Of a stretch of DNA of 64,000 bases, positions 17,834 to 27,008 are shown piece by piece. Source of the DNA: an uncultured delta proteobacterium. Its GTDB lineage: Bacteria > Myxococcota > Myxococcia > Myxococcales > Myxococcaceae. The notes below the pieces were generated by a model. That model saw only the letters and a program-made list of their open reading frames with translations. It was not told the DNA's origin and did no database searches. Position numbers and translations under genes: made by a program. The first letter of the stretch is position 1; each line of letters starts with the position of its first letter. The DNA lies in contig CAWCKH010000003.1 of NCBI GenBank assembly GCA_963796055.1, positions 608,001 through 672,000 of the forward strand, written 5' to 3'.

Positions 17834-19185
17834 GCACCACCGGCGAGCAACGGCGCACGGCAAATCGCGCGGTGGAGCTCCTCCTGCTCGGGGTGCTGGT
17901 CGGGCTGATGCTCCTCGCCTCGCATGCGACCCCCGAGGGCGGCGGAAGTCGCGCACTGGCCGCGCTGGGGTTCCTCCTGCTCGCCGGGACGGTGGTGGCC
18001 AACGTGCTCGAGCCATTGGGGATCCCGCACCTCACGGCGTATCTGCTCACCGGGATGGTGGCGGGCCCGCATGCTCTCCATCTGGTGGACCACCAGGCGG
18101 TGACGGAGCTGTCGGGGATCAACGCGCTCGCCCTCTCGCTCATCTGTCTCACCGGTGGGGCAGAGCTGCGAGCGAAGCTGCTCCGGGCCAGCGCGCGTTC
18201 GATGGCCTGGGCGCTGCTCTTCCAGGCCGGGTTGGTGGTGGCGGTGACCGGCGGGGTGTTTCTCGCGCTCAAGCCATTGTTTCCCTTCCTCCGCCCCCTG
18301 CCGCTCGGTCCAGCGGTGGGGGTGGCCCTGGTCTGGGGGGTGCTCTCGCTCACCAGGAGCACCGCGGCCACCGTCGGCGTGCTGGCCCAGACGGGCGCCC
18401 GGGGACCGTTCACCAGCTTCAGCCTGGGCCTGGTGGTCAGCTCCGACGTCATGGTGGTGGTACTGCTCGGGGTCGTCCTGACCTTCGCCCGCCCGCTGAT
18501 CGACCCCACCGAGCCCCTCTCGCTGGGTGCGCTTCGCGACGTGGGCAGGGAAGTGCTGAGCAGCGTGGCGGTGGGCTCGACCCTGGGGCTGATCCTCGCC
18601 GCGTATCTCCGCTTCGTGGGCCGGCAGCTGGTCCTGCTCTTCATCGCTCTCGGTCTGGTGATGACGCAGGTTCTCGACTACCTCCGCTTCGACTGGCTGT
18701 TGATCTTCATCACCGCAGGCTTCGTGGTGCAGAACCTCTCCGCGCAGGGCGACCGCTTTCTCCAGGCATTGAAGCGGATGGGAGAGATCGTCTACGTGAT
18801 CTTCTTTGCCATCGCCGGAGCGCACCTCGATCTGCCGCTCCTCGGCCGACTCTGGCCGATGGCCCTGGCGCTGGCGCTCACCCGAGTGGGAGCGATCTGG
18901 GCCGCGTCGCGCATTGCCACCCGGGTGGCCGGGGATCCGCCGCAGTTCCGGCGCTGGTCCTGGTGTCCCCTGGTCTCCCAGGCGGGCCTGGCGCTCGGGC
19001 TGTTCGCGCGGGTCCAGGGCGAGTTCCCGGCCTTCGGCACTGCGTTCGCCGCGATGGGGGTGGCGACGGTGGCGGTGAACGAGATGGTCGGCCCGGTGCT
19101 GTTCAAGACCGCCCTGGACCGGACGGGCGAGACCGCGCGTCAGGCGGAACCGGACGAGCAGACCGAGGCCGCGGCGACGTCCTGA
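17830..19185 (+). CDS. Cation:proton antiporter (CPA2 family)
   Basis: GIPHLTAYLLTGMVAGP, GGAEL, SSD, FFAIAGAHLDL, SQAGLALG, NEMVGP. Confidence 0.85.
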   Translation: MSTTGEQRRTANRAVELLLLGVLVGLMLLASHATPEGGGSRALAALGFLLLAGTVVANVLEPLGIPHLTAYLLTGMVAGPHALHLVDHQAVTELSGINALALSLICLTGGAELRAKLLRASARSMAWALLFQAGLVVAVTGGVFLALKPLFPFLRPLPLGPAVGVALVWGVLSLTRSTAATVGVLAQTGARGPFTSFSLGLVVSSDVMVVVLLGVVLTFARPLIDPTEPLSLGALRDVGREVLSSVAVGSTLGLILAAYLRFVGRQLVLLFIALGLVMTQVLDYLRFDWLLIFITAGFVVQNLSAQGDRFLQALKRMGEIVYVIFFAIAGAHLDLPLLGRLWPMALALALTRVGAIWAASRIATRVAGDPPQFRRWSWCPLVSQAGLALGLFARVQGEFPAFGTAFAAMGVATVAVNEMVGPVLFKTALDRTGETARQAEPDEQTEAAATS

Positions 19186-19798
19186 TCGGCGACGTCCCGG
19201 TGCGGTAGGTCCGACCCTCGCGACCCACTTCGCCCCACGGCAGACGGAGCCCGCGGTCGAGCGCGGCCAGAGTCGGACGGCCCAGGTGAGCGAAGACCAG
19301 GCGGCGCACTCCATGCCGCGCGGCGGAGGCACACACCTCGGCGACCGTCGCGTGCCCGCCCACGCGGCCGGCGAACCAGATGCGCCGGCTCCAGGCCGCA
19401 GCCTCGGCGAACACCAGCGGCGCGCCCCGGGCCCACCGGGGGAAGACGAGGAACTCGGGTGCCCAGACGGCCCGGGCCGCTCCGAGGCGGATGTCGTACC
19501 CGAAGGTTGGGTGCGCGGTGTGCCGCACCGCCCGGGGCTGGATCGAGAGGCCGTCCCGGACGAAGGCACGGACAGCCGGCTCGCATCCCCGCGAGCGCGC
19601 CAGCCGCCGGATGCCGCTCATCAGCTCGCCCCGGGCATCGGTCACCAGCCAGGCGTCGATCCGTCCCGCGGGCTCGGAGCCCGGGCCGCCGTCGATCATC
19701 ACCCGCATCCGCCGGGCGCGGACCAGCACGCCCGCCGGGGCGAAGCGGGGCGAGTTCATCGCCCCCACCCCGAGCAGCGTGCAGCGGAGCGGCGCCAC
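19103..19798 (-). CDS. Hypothetical protein with a degenerate metallo-beta-lactamase-like fold
   Basis: TLLGVGA...VMIDGG...VRHTAHPTFGY...GGH...LVFAHLG; canonical HxHxDH absent; 3' end overlaps the convergent gene. Confidence 0.55.
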   Translation of the reverse strand: MAPLRCTLLGVGAMNSPRFAPAGVLVRARRMRVMIDGGPGSEPAGRIDAWLVTDARGELMSGIRRLARSRGCEPAVRAFVRDGLSIQPRAVRHTAHPTFGYDIRLGAARAVWAPEFLVFPRWARGAPLVFAEAAAWSRRIWFAGRVGGHATVAEVCASAARHGVRRLVFAHLGRPTLAALDRGLRLPWGEVGREGRTYRTGTSPIRTSPRPRSARPVPPDARSRPSGPGRS

Positions 19799-19815
19799 TT
19801 CCCGCGAGCCTGGAC

Positions 19816-20211
19816 TCAGCGGGGCGTGAAGAAGTCGCGTGCCGCGGCGAGGAAGTCGGTGTCGGTCACGATGGCCATCAGGTGCCCATCCGTCCCCAGC
19901 ACCGGGAGCGAGCTGAACTGGTGCTCGAGCAGCAGCTCGATGGCTTCGTGGACCGGGGTGTCGGGGGTGACGGTCACCGGATGGCGGCTCATGGTCTCGC
20001 CCACCCGGACCTGCTTCTTTCCCCGCGCCAGCGCCAGGAGCACGTCCCCGGCGGAGAGAATCCCCACCAGGTTCTGCTTCGAGTCCACCACCGGGACATG
20101 CCGGATCGCGCCGAGCTTCATCTGGGCGTCGGCCACCCCGATGGTGTCGCTGTCGTGCACGACGATGAGCGCGGTGGACATGAGGTCTCCGACCTTTGCG
20201 ACGCGGGACAT
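19816..20211 (-). CDS. CBS domain pair protein
   Basis: KVGDLMS, IRHVPVVD, LVGILS, VGETMS, SLPVL, IVTDTDFL. Confidence 0.9.
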   Translation of the reverse strand: MSRVAKVGDLMSTALIVVHDSDTIGVADAQMKLGAIRHVPVVDSKQNLVGILSAGDVLLALARGKKQVRVGETMSRHPVTVTPDTPVHEAIELLLEHQFSSLPVLGTDGHLMAIVTDTDFLAAARDFFTPR

Positions 20212-20342
20212 CGAGCACCTCCGGCTGGGCAGCACTCTACTCCCGCGGGTGAAGAGAGGGACACGGTCGCTCGAGCGACGCCGCAGCCCCCGCTGGCTGC
20301 ACCGCGGACGCCGCAAATCCTGCGCCGCCCTAGCCTGGACCG

Positions 20343-21995
20343 ATGCTCGCTCCGCTCCTGACCGTGTCCGCGCTCACCCTGGCCGCCAGTCCAGACCCGC
20401 TGGCCAGCATCCGCGCCGAGTCCCGGGCCCTGGTGCTCATCCAGCAGACACTCCAGTGGTACACCGCGACCGTCGGCGAGACGAGCATCCAGGCCGAGAC
20501 CTACCTGGGTCACGACCGGCTCTTCTCCAGGGAGTCGATCGCCCGGGTGCGGAAGGCGGCGCAGGCGCCCGGCATCTCCGCCGACGAGCGGCGGGCGCGC
20601 GAGTTCCTCCAGGCCTACCTCGCCGGCGAGTACCTCTCCCAGTCGACCGCCGTCTTCGACGATCGCGCCCAGAACGCCGAGCTCCAAGCCACGGTCCGCC
20701 TCCCCTGGATGAAGGACCCGGTGCCCTACAAGCAGCTGGACCTCCTGATCGCGGACGAGAAGGACGGCGGCCGCCGGGCGGAGATCGACAGGGCACGGGC
20801 CGAGATCTGGAGGACGGTGCTCAACCCCATCCTCGCGGAGAAGGAGGCCACCGCGCAGCGGCTGGCACGAGCGCTCGGCTACCGCTCGTACGTGGAGCTC
20901 TCCGAGGAGGGCCGGAGGGTCCAGCTCCGTCCGTTCATGGTGGAAGGCAAGCGCTTCCTCGACGCCACCGACGGGCTCTTTCGCCAGCTGCTGGAGGAGG
21001 TGACCCCGCGCGAGCTGGGCATCCCCGCCTCGCAGCTTCGACGCAGCGACTTCGGCCGCCTCTTCAAGGGTCCGCGGCTCGAGCGCTTCTTCCCCGCGGA
21101 CATCGCGGTGCCGTCGTTCACCGCCTTCCTCGGTGGGATGGGCCTCGACTTCAAGACCGTGGCCGGCACCGAGGTCCGGGTGGACGACGCGCTTCACCCG
21201 CTCAAGGAGCCGCGCGCCGCCTGCTGGGGCATCCGGGTGCCCGAGGACGTACGGATCAACGTCAAGCCCCTCCCCGGTCTGGACAGCCTGGGAGTCTTCT
21301 TCCACGAGGGCGGCCACGCGGTGATGTTCGCCAACACCACCACCAAGGTCTGGGAGTTCCAGCAGCTCGGGCCCCTGGCCTTCACCGAGGGGCTGGGTGA
21401 GGTCTTCCGGTACTCCTGGGCGGACCCGGTCTGGCTGAAGCGCTACCGCAGCTTCGTGCAGGCCCACAACGCGCAGGCCAACCGGAGCGAGCCGCTGATG
21501 AGCGACCAGGACATCCGCGATCTCGCGCGGCTCCAGCTGCTCTACCAGCTCTACTACCTGCGCCGGTATGCATACGCGAAGCTGGTTTACGAGTCGGTGC
21601 TGCACGGCGGCTCGCCGGCGCTCTGGAAGGGGCTCTACGATCGGCCCACGGGCGACCCGATGGCGGTGTACCGCGACGTCTTCTCCACCGCTTACGCCGT
21701 GCCGCTGGACGAGAACGACGCGCTGCGCTTCCGCACCGACGTCGACGACACCTTCTACTCGGCGGACTACGCCCGGGCGTTCGCGCTCGCCCACCTCATC
21801 CACGAGGGAATGCGGAGCCGGTTCGGAGCGGACTGGTACGGCAATCCGGAGGCCGGGCGCCTCATCCGGACGCTGGTGGCAGAGGGCAACAAGCCGCAAC
21901 CCGAGGAGGTGGCGAAGGTCTTCGGCGTCCCCTTCGACCTCCGGCCCGCAGAGGCCCGGATCCGCCGGCTGGCCGCCGAGACCTCGGCCCACTGA
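20343..21995 (+). CDS. Exported zinc metallopeptidase (gluzincin, M3/M2-like)
   Basis: Signal peptide; HEGGH motif with a downstream Glu (FTEG). Confidence 0.7.
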   Translation: MLAPLLTVSALTLAASPDPLASIRAESRALVLIQQTLQWYTATVGETSIQAETYLGHDRLFSRESIARVRKAAQAPGISADERRAREFLQAYLAGEYLSQSTAVFDDRAQNAELQATVRLPWMKDPVPYKQLDLLIADEKDGGRRAEIDRARAEIWRTVLNPILAEKEATAQRLARALGYRSYVELSEEGRRVQLRPFMVEGKRFLDATDGLFRQLLEEVTPRELGIPASQLRRSDFGRLFKGPRLERFFPADIAVPSFTAFLGGMGLDFKTVAGTEVRVDDALHPLKEPRAACWGIRVPEDVRINVKPLPGLDSLGVFFHEGGHAVMFANTTTKVWEFQQLGPLAFTEGLGEVFRYSWADPVWLKRYRSFVQAHNAQANRSEPLMSDQDIRDLARLQLLYQLYYLRRYAYAKLVYESVLHGGSPALWKGLYDRPTGDPMAVYRDVFSTAYAVPLDENDALRFRTDVDDTFYSADYARAFALAHLIHEGMRSRFGADWYGNPEAGRLIRTLVAEGNKPQPEEVAKVFGVPFDLRPAEARIRRLAAETSAH

Positions 21996-22108
21996 CGGCG
22001 GCCCCGGCGCAACGCTCTTGCCGGTGCACGGGCGGGATGTCATCGGTTCGTCACCTGGACGGAGGACACCTGACCCATCTCGCCGTCAGGACCCGGAGCC
22101 TTCCCTGC

Positions 22109-23896
22109 ATGACCCGCCTCGCCGCTGGCCTGCTGTTCCTCCTCTGCCTCACCGGGAGCGCCCGAGCAGGGGCCATCTACCCCATCGATCGGGCGGCCGT
22201 GCTCGCCGGCAGCCGCTTCGATCTCAAGGTCGAGTTCGACCAGGTCGTTCCCGTGGAGAAGATCCAGGTGACGGTGGGCGGCCGCCCCGCCGAGGAGGTC
22301 TTCGGGCGTCCGGGGCTGTGGCTCGAGCGCGAGGACGGCAAGCCGGTCACCTCCTGGGTGCTCCAGGGGGCCTCGCTTCCCAGGGCCGGTCCGGTGGAGG
22401 TGGTGGCCTCGGGCGGCGGACAGACCCTCCGGGTGCGGTGGGAGGTCTACGCGACGGGTCCGCGCAAGGCGAAGAACGTCATCCTCTTCATCGGCGACGG
22501 ACTCTCCCCGGCGCACCGGACCGCGGCGCGGCTCCTCGCCCGAGGGATGAGCCAGGGCAAGTTCAAGGGCGTCCTCTCCTTCGACGAATTCCCGCACACC
22601 GGTCTGGTGGGCACCAGCGGGCTGGACTCGATCATCACCGACTCGGCGAACTCGATGAGCGCCTACACCACCGGGCACAAGAGCGCCCTGAACGCCATGG
22701 GTGTCTACGCCTCGCGGGCGGAGAACGACTTCGAGCACCCCCGGGTGGAGAACCTGGTCGAGCTGGTCAAGCGGCGGACTCGCATGGGCGTGGGGGTGGT
22801 GACCGACGCCGAGGTCGAGGACGCCACGCCGGCGGCGATGGTGGCGCATACCCGGCGCCGTGCACGGAAAGCGGAGATCGCCCCGATGTTCCTCGACGCG
22901 GGGGTGGACGTGCTCCTCGGGGGAGGACGGGCGTACTTCCTCCCCGCGGGGACGCCGGGAAGCAGGCGCCACGACGGGCTGGACCCGCTGGCCCGCCACC
23001 GCGACGCGGGGTACCCGCTGGTCACCACCGCGCGCGAGCTCGGTGCCGCCGCGTCCCGCCCGGACACCCGGAAGCTGCTCGGGCTCTTCCATCCCGAGAA
23101 CATGGACGGGGTGCTGGACCGGAAGTACCTCAAGAAAGGGACCGTTCCGGAGTACCCGGACCAGCCGGACCTGACCGAGATGACGCGGTCGGCGATCGAC
23201 GTGCTCTCGCGCAACCCGGACGGCTTCGTGCTGATGGTGGAGGCGGGGCTGATCGACAAGTACAGCCACAAGCTCGACTGGGAGCGGGCAACGTGGGACA
23301 CGATCATGCTCTCCAACGCGGTGCAGGTGGCCCGCGACTTCGCCGCCCGACGGAACGACACACTGATCCTCGTGACCGCCGACCACACCCATGGGCTGTG
23401 CATCGTGGGATCGGTGGACGATTCGGCCTCCGGGCCTCCCCGGGAGCGCATCCGCACCTACGCCGAGGCGGGTTTCCCGAACTACCCGGCCCCCGACGCC
23501 GATGGCTACCCGCCCCGGCCCGACGTGAGCCGCCGGCTGGCGGTGTTCTTCTCCGACACGCCGGACGTGTACGAGGGCCGCGAGCCCTCCTTGAACGGTC
23601 CTCGCGAGCCGACCGTGCCCGCCCCGGACAAGAAGGGCTTCGTGCCGAACCCTGCGGAGAAGAGCGCGCAGGCACCGCTCGCCGAGGGCAACCTTCCCCG
23701 CACCGCCGAGGGCGGCGTGCACACCATGGACGACGTGGTGATCGACGCGTTCGGGCCGGGCTCGGAGCGGGTGCACGGATTCATGGACAACACCGAGGTC
23801 TTCCGGGTGATGGCCGAGGCGCTGGGGCTCGGCCGTGCTGGCCCGCCGGCGACGGCCCGGGCATCGGCCGGCGCAGCAGCGGGGGCGGCCCACTGA
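22109..23896 (+). CDS. Alkaline phosphatase (PhoA family) with extra N-terminal domain
   Basis: KNVILFIGDG, TDSA (catalytic Ser), DATPAA, MVEAGLIDKYSH, VTADHTH, VHT. Confidence 0.92.
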   Translation: MTRLAAGLLFLLCLTGSARAGAIYPIDRAAVLAGSRFDLKVEFDQVVPVEKIQVTVGGRPAEEVFGRPGLWLEREDGKPVTSWVLQGASLPRAGPVEVVASGGGQTLRVRWEVYATGPRKAKNVILFIGDGLSPAHRTAARLLARGMSQGKFKGVLSFDEFPHTGLVGTSGLDSIITDSANSMSAYTTGHKSALNAMGVYASRAENDFEHPRVENLVELVKRRTRMGVGVVTDAEVEDATPAAMVAHTRRRARKAEIAPMFLDAGVDVLLGGGRAYFLPAGTPGSRRHDGLDPLARHRDAGYPLVTTARELGAAASRPDTRKLLGLFHPENMDGVLDRKYLKKGTVPEYPDQPDLTEMTRSAIDVLSRNPDGFVLMVEAGLIDKYSHKLDWERATWDTIMLSNAVQVARDFAARRNDTLILVTADHTHGLCIVGSVDDSASGPPRERIRTYAEAGFPNYPAPDADGYPPRPDVSRRLAVFFSDTPDVYEGREPSLNGPREPTVPAPDKKGFVPNPAEKSAQAPLAEGNLPRTAEGGVHTMDDVVIDAFGPGSERVHGFMDNTEVFRVMAEALGLGRAGPPATARASAGAAAGAAH

Positions 23897-23955
23897 GGGT
23901 CTTTCCGGTGTGACTTTCGAGCGCCGGGCGCTGGGCTGTCGTATAGCTTCGCGGA

Positions 23956-24582
23956 TTGGGTTCTCACCCGTCGCACGACCACCACCAGCACCTCTCCCAC
24001 GTCCCGGCGTCCCGGGTGGCACTCGCCGCGGGCATCACCGTGCTCGCCGGCGGGGTCGAGCTCCTGTTCTCGAAGACCAGCGGGAGCCTGTTCCTCCTCG
24101 CGGACGCGGTGCACCTGCTCGCCCACCTGGGCATTTTCCTCGTGCTGCTGATTCCTCCCGGCCGGCTGCATGGGGCGAGCGAGGACCTGGGCGCGGTCGT
24201 CGTCCTGGTGATGGTGGTGGCGATCGCCGGCTGGCTGGTGTGGATCAGCGTGAGGCACTTGATCGCTCCGCCGGAAGCGCTGCCGAATCCGGCGGCGATG
24301 CTGGTCTCCGTCCTCGGGCTCGCCGCAAACACCTGCTCGGCGCTGCTCTTCCAGAAGCCGGCGGCCACGCACTTCTCCTTCCGCGCAGCGCTGGCCCACG
24401 AGCTGTCCGACGGCGCGATGACCCTCGCCGGGCTCGTCGGCGCCGGGTGCATCTCGCTGTTCGGCTGGCACTGGGTGGACCCGACGCTCAGCCTGGTCAT
24501 CGGCAGCTGGCTGGGGCTCTGGGCGGCGCGCCTGCTGGTCCGGAGGGCGCTGCGGGGCCCCGAGGTCTTCTTCGACCACTGA
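23956..24582 (+). CDS. Cation diffusion facilitator (CDF), transmembrane domain only
   Basis: His-rich N-terminus, SGSLFLLADAVHLLAH, AALAHELSD, WVDP; TTG start. Confidence 0.78.
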   Translation: MGSHPSHDHHQHLSHVPASRVALAAGITVLAGGVELLFSKTSGSLFLLADAVHLLAHLGIFLVLLIPPGRLHGASEDLGAVVVLVMVVAIAGWLVWISVRHLIAPPEALPNPAAMLVSVLGLAANTCSALLFQKPAATHFSFRAALAHELSDGAMTLAGLVGAGCISLFGWHWVDPTLSLVIGSWLGLWAARLLVRRALRGPEVFFDH

Positions 24583-24738
24583 ACAGGTGGTGCTTCGGGA
24601 ACCCAACAAAACCAGGTCGTTGTGAGCTCACGCAATGGGGCTGCTTCGAGATTGATTTTGCGAGGCGTTCTCAAGTAAATGGGCAACGAATCCACCCTCC
24701 GGTGTCCTCCCCCTGGACGACCACGGTGGAGGACGAAG

Positions 24739-25233
24739 ATGCAGATTCAAGGCTCACCGCTGTTGCCCGACCTGACCCGGCTGATCACCAAGGCCCGCCG
24801 CACGCTGTACGTCGTCGCCGCGCGGGAGCTGGGAACCCGTGGTGAGGAGATCTCCGCCTGGATCGTCGCCGCCCGCCTGATGGAGCGGCGTGCGGCGAGT
24901 CAGAAGGACCTCGCGGAGATCACCGGTCAGCATCCGGCGGGGATCTCCCGCCTCCTCGACGAGATGGACCGGCGGGGCCTCACCGCCCGCGCGCTCGACC
25001 CGCTCGACCAGCGCCGGCGCCTGGTCACCCTGACCGCCGCCGGGCGCCGCTGGCACCGCAAGCTGGAGCCCCTGGTGCTGCGGGCGAGCGAGAACGTCCT
25101 GGGAATCCTGACCCTCACCGAGCAGCATCAGCTCCGCGGACTGCTGCGCCGGATCGGCGAGCCACAGCTGGTGCAGGGCCCGGGAACCGGTGACTCGGCG
25201 GCGGGCCCGCGGCGTCGCCGCGCTCAACGCTGA
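24739..25233 (+). CDS. MarR family transcriptional regulator
   Basis: SQKDLAE...ISRLLDEM..RGL..R..DPLDQRRRLVTLTAAG; SD GGAGG. Confidence 0.9.
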   Translation: MQIQGSPLLPDLTRLITKARRTLYVVAARELGTRGEEISAWIVAARLMERRAASQKDLAEITGQHPAGISRLLDEMDRRGLTARALDPLDQRRRLVTLTAAGRRWHRKLEPLVLRASENVLGILTLTEQHQLRGLLRRIGEPQLVQGPGTGDSAAGPRRRRAQR

Positions 25234-25439
25234 TCCGGCTTGCCGGGACGGTGGCGGGCAACGAACCACGAGAGGTAGGCCCCGAGCAGCACCGCGACCG
25301 ACAGCCCAGTCACCCCGAGTGCTTGCCAGTCCCCCCGCGCGGGCCCCTCCGGCCGGGACAGCCCGAAGATCGAGACCCCGATGCACACCACCAGCGCGGA
25401 GGTGATGACCACGCGGTGGACGGTGGAGAGCCGGACCAA
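25224..25439 (-). CDS. Small two-TM membrane protein, last gene of the oxidase operon
   Basis: TTG start with SD GAGGAG 14 nt after the cytochrome stop; two hydrophobic helices. Confidence 0.55.
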   Translation of the reverse strand: MVRLSTVHRVVITSALVVCIGVSIFGLSRPEGPARGDWQALGVTGLSVAVLLGAYLSWFVARHRPGKPDQR

Positions 25440-25453
25440 GCGCCTCTCCTCGC

Positions 25454-26395
25454 CTATTGTGGACCCTTGGGGGGAGGAGCGGAGCTCGCCAGCCGCGCCT
25501 TGAACGCCAGGGCCTGCTCGGTGTCTCGCATCCGGATGAGCGATCGGACGTAGTAGGCGAGAGCCCAGATGTCCCGGCTCTTGTCTGGGAGGACCTGGGG
25601 GTCCCACGCCGGCATCGCCGCGCCGGTCACGCCGGCGACGAGGATCCGGTACAGGTCGTTGAGCTCGGTGCCGGGCTGGATGGAACGGACCGGGTTGAGG
25701 AGGAAGTCCGGGGGGAGCAGCTTGACGGTCTTTCCGTCGGGGGCGGTGTAGTCGCTGTCCTTCAGCTCCGGCAGGTACATGTCGGGGCGGAAGTCGGTGG
25801 TGGGGTGGCCGCTCAGCTGTTGCGAGGCGGCGCTGATCTCCTCCGGCGTGGCGTAGGCGGGGTGGCAATTCAGGCACTGGGTGTAACCGTGGTAGAGGAG
25901 CTTCCCCCGGGCGATCGCCGCGGCCTCGTTGCCTGGCCCCCACGGGTCCGGAGCCGGTACCACCGGCTCCCCCACCGCATCGTCGTCCTTCCAGGCATCG
26001 GACAGCGTCTTGATGTACTGGATGATGGCGTGCAGCTCCCGGTCGGGGACCTCCCATCCCAGCATCGCCGTTCCGTGCAGGTTGCTCCGGACGATGCGGA
26101 CCAGGTCCTCGTCGCGGGGGAGCTTCTGCTCGAGCACGCCGGCGAACTTGAACTCCCCTTGCGTGAAGTTCCGCGGCGGGGGCCGCAGCCCGGGGGCGGA
26201 GGGGCCGTCGCCCTTCCCCTGCTCACCGTGGCAGGCACGGCAGTACTGGAGGTATGCGGTCCGGCCGTCGTTCAAGGTCGAGGCGGGGACCATCTTCCCC
26301 GCCAGCTTCATCGGCGCCTTGAACGGCCGGGTGTTCTCCTTGCTGCTACAGGCGGCGAGCAACAGCGCCAGAGCGCCCGCGGTCAGACCTCGCAT
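25454..26395 (-). CDS. Diheme c-type cytochrome lipoprotein
   Basis: Lipobox LLAAC; CRACH and CLNCH; Met ligands in GTAM and AAMP. Confidence 0.9.
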   Translation of the reverse strand: MRGLTAGALALLLAACSSKENTRPFKAPMKLAGKMVPASTLNDGRTAYLQYCRACHGEQGKGDGPSAPGLRPPPRNFTQGEFKFAGVLEQKLPRDEDLVRIVRSNLHGTAMLGWEVPDRELHAIIQYIKTLSDAWKDDDAVGEPVVPAPDPWGPGNEAAAIARGKLLYHGYTQCLNCHPAYATPEEISAASQQLSGHPTTDFRPDMYLPELKDSDYTAPDGKTVKLLPPDFLLNPVRSIQPGTELNDLYRILVAGVTGAAMPAWDPQVLPDKSRDIWALAYYVRSLIRMRDTEQALAFKARLASSAPPPKGPQ

Positions 26396-26398
26396 CGG

Positions 26399-27001
26399 TC
26401 AGCCTCCGCCCCAGCCGGCGAAGATCGCCGGGAAGAGGATGAGCCACACCCCGCCCACGAAGTGCCAGTACTGGGTCCAGAGGCGGAGCTTCAGATGACG
26501 CCCCGGCTGGATCGCTCCCCTGACCGCGGCCACCAGCACCGCAGCGAGCCCGCCGAGCCCCACCGCCGCGTGCAGCGCGTGGAAGCCGCAGAGCCCGTAG
26601 ACCGCGCCCCCGAACGCTCCGGCGTCCCAGCGTACCCCGGCATCGGCCATCCGGAGGAAGAGCAGCACCTGGCTGACGAGAAAGCCGACCCCGAGGAGCA
26701 GTGCCGCGACCAGCGCCCCGCGCATCGGCCCGAGCCGTCCCCTGCGGACGGCCCGGAGGGCGAGCTCCAGTCCGAGGCTCGCGCCGACGAGCAGGACGGT
26801 GTTCCCCACCGCCCAGCGCACCGGGAGCGGGCCCACCTCCTCGGGTGGCCACATCGGGCTTCGCCAGCGCACCACCCCGAGAGCAAAGAACAACCCGGCG
26901 AACATCATCGCCCAGCTCCCGAGGAAGAGGAGCATTCCCACCCGGGCGGTGGCCTCGTCGCGGGCGTGGGGCGAGCGGTAGGGGAGGACGCCGGAGGTCA
27001 T
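26399..27001 (-). CDS. Cytochrome c oxidase subunit III-like (copy 2)
   Basis: GMLLFLGS, NTVLL..S, GFHALH, YWHFV. Confidence 0.85.
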   Translation of the reverse strand: MTSGVLPYRSPHARDEATARVGMLLFLGSWAMMFAGLFFALGVVRWRSPMWPPEEVGPLPVRWAVGNTVLLVGASLGLELALRAVRRGRLGPMRGALVAALLLGVGFLVSQVLLFLRMADAGVRWDAGAFGGAVYGLCGFHALHAAVGLGGLAAVLVAAVRGAIQPGRHLKLRLWTQYWHFVGGVWLILFPAIFAGWGGG

Positions 27002-27008
27002 CGCTGGC

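Noticed and set aside
19103..19798. Active beta-lactamase or nuclease
   Set aside because: The HxHxDH metal-binding motif is missing; only fold-level resemblance.
24620..24635. Palindrome GTGAGCTCAC upstream of marR
   Set aside because: Single 10-bp dyad; could be an operator but is too short to support on its own.
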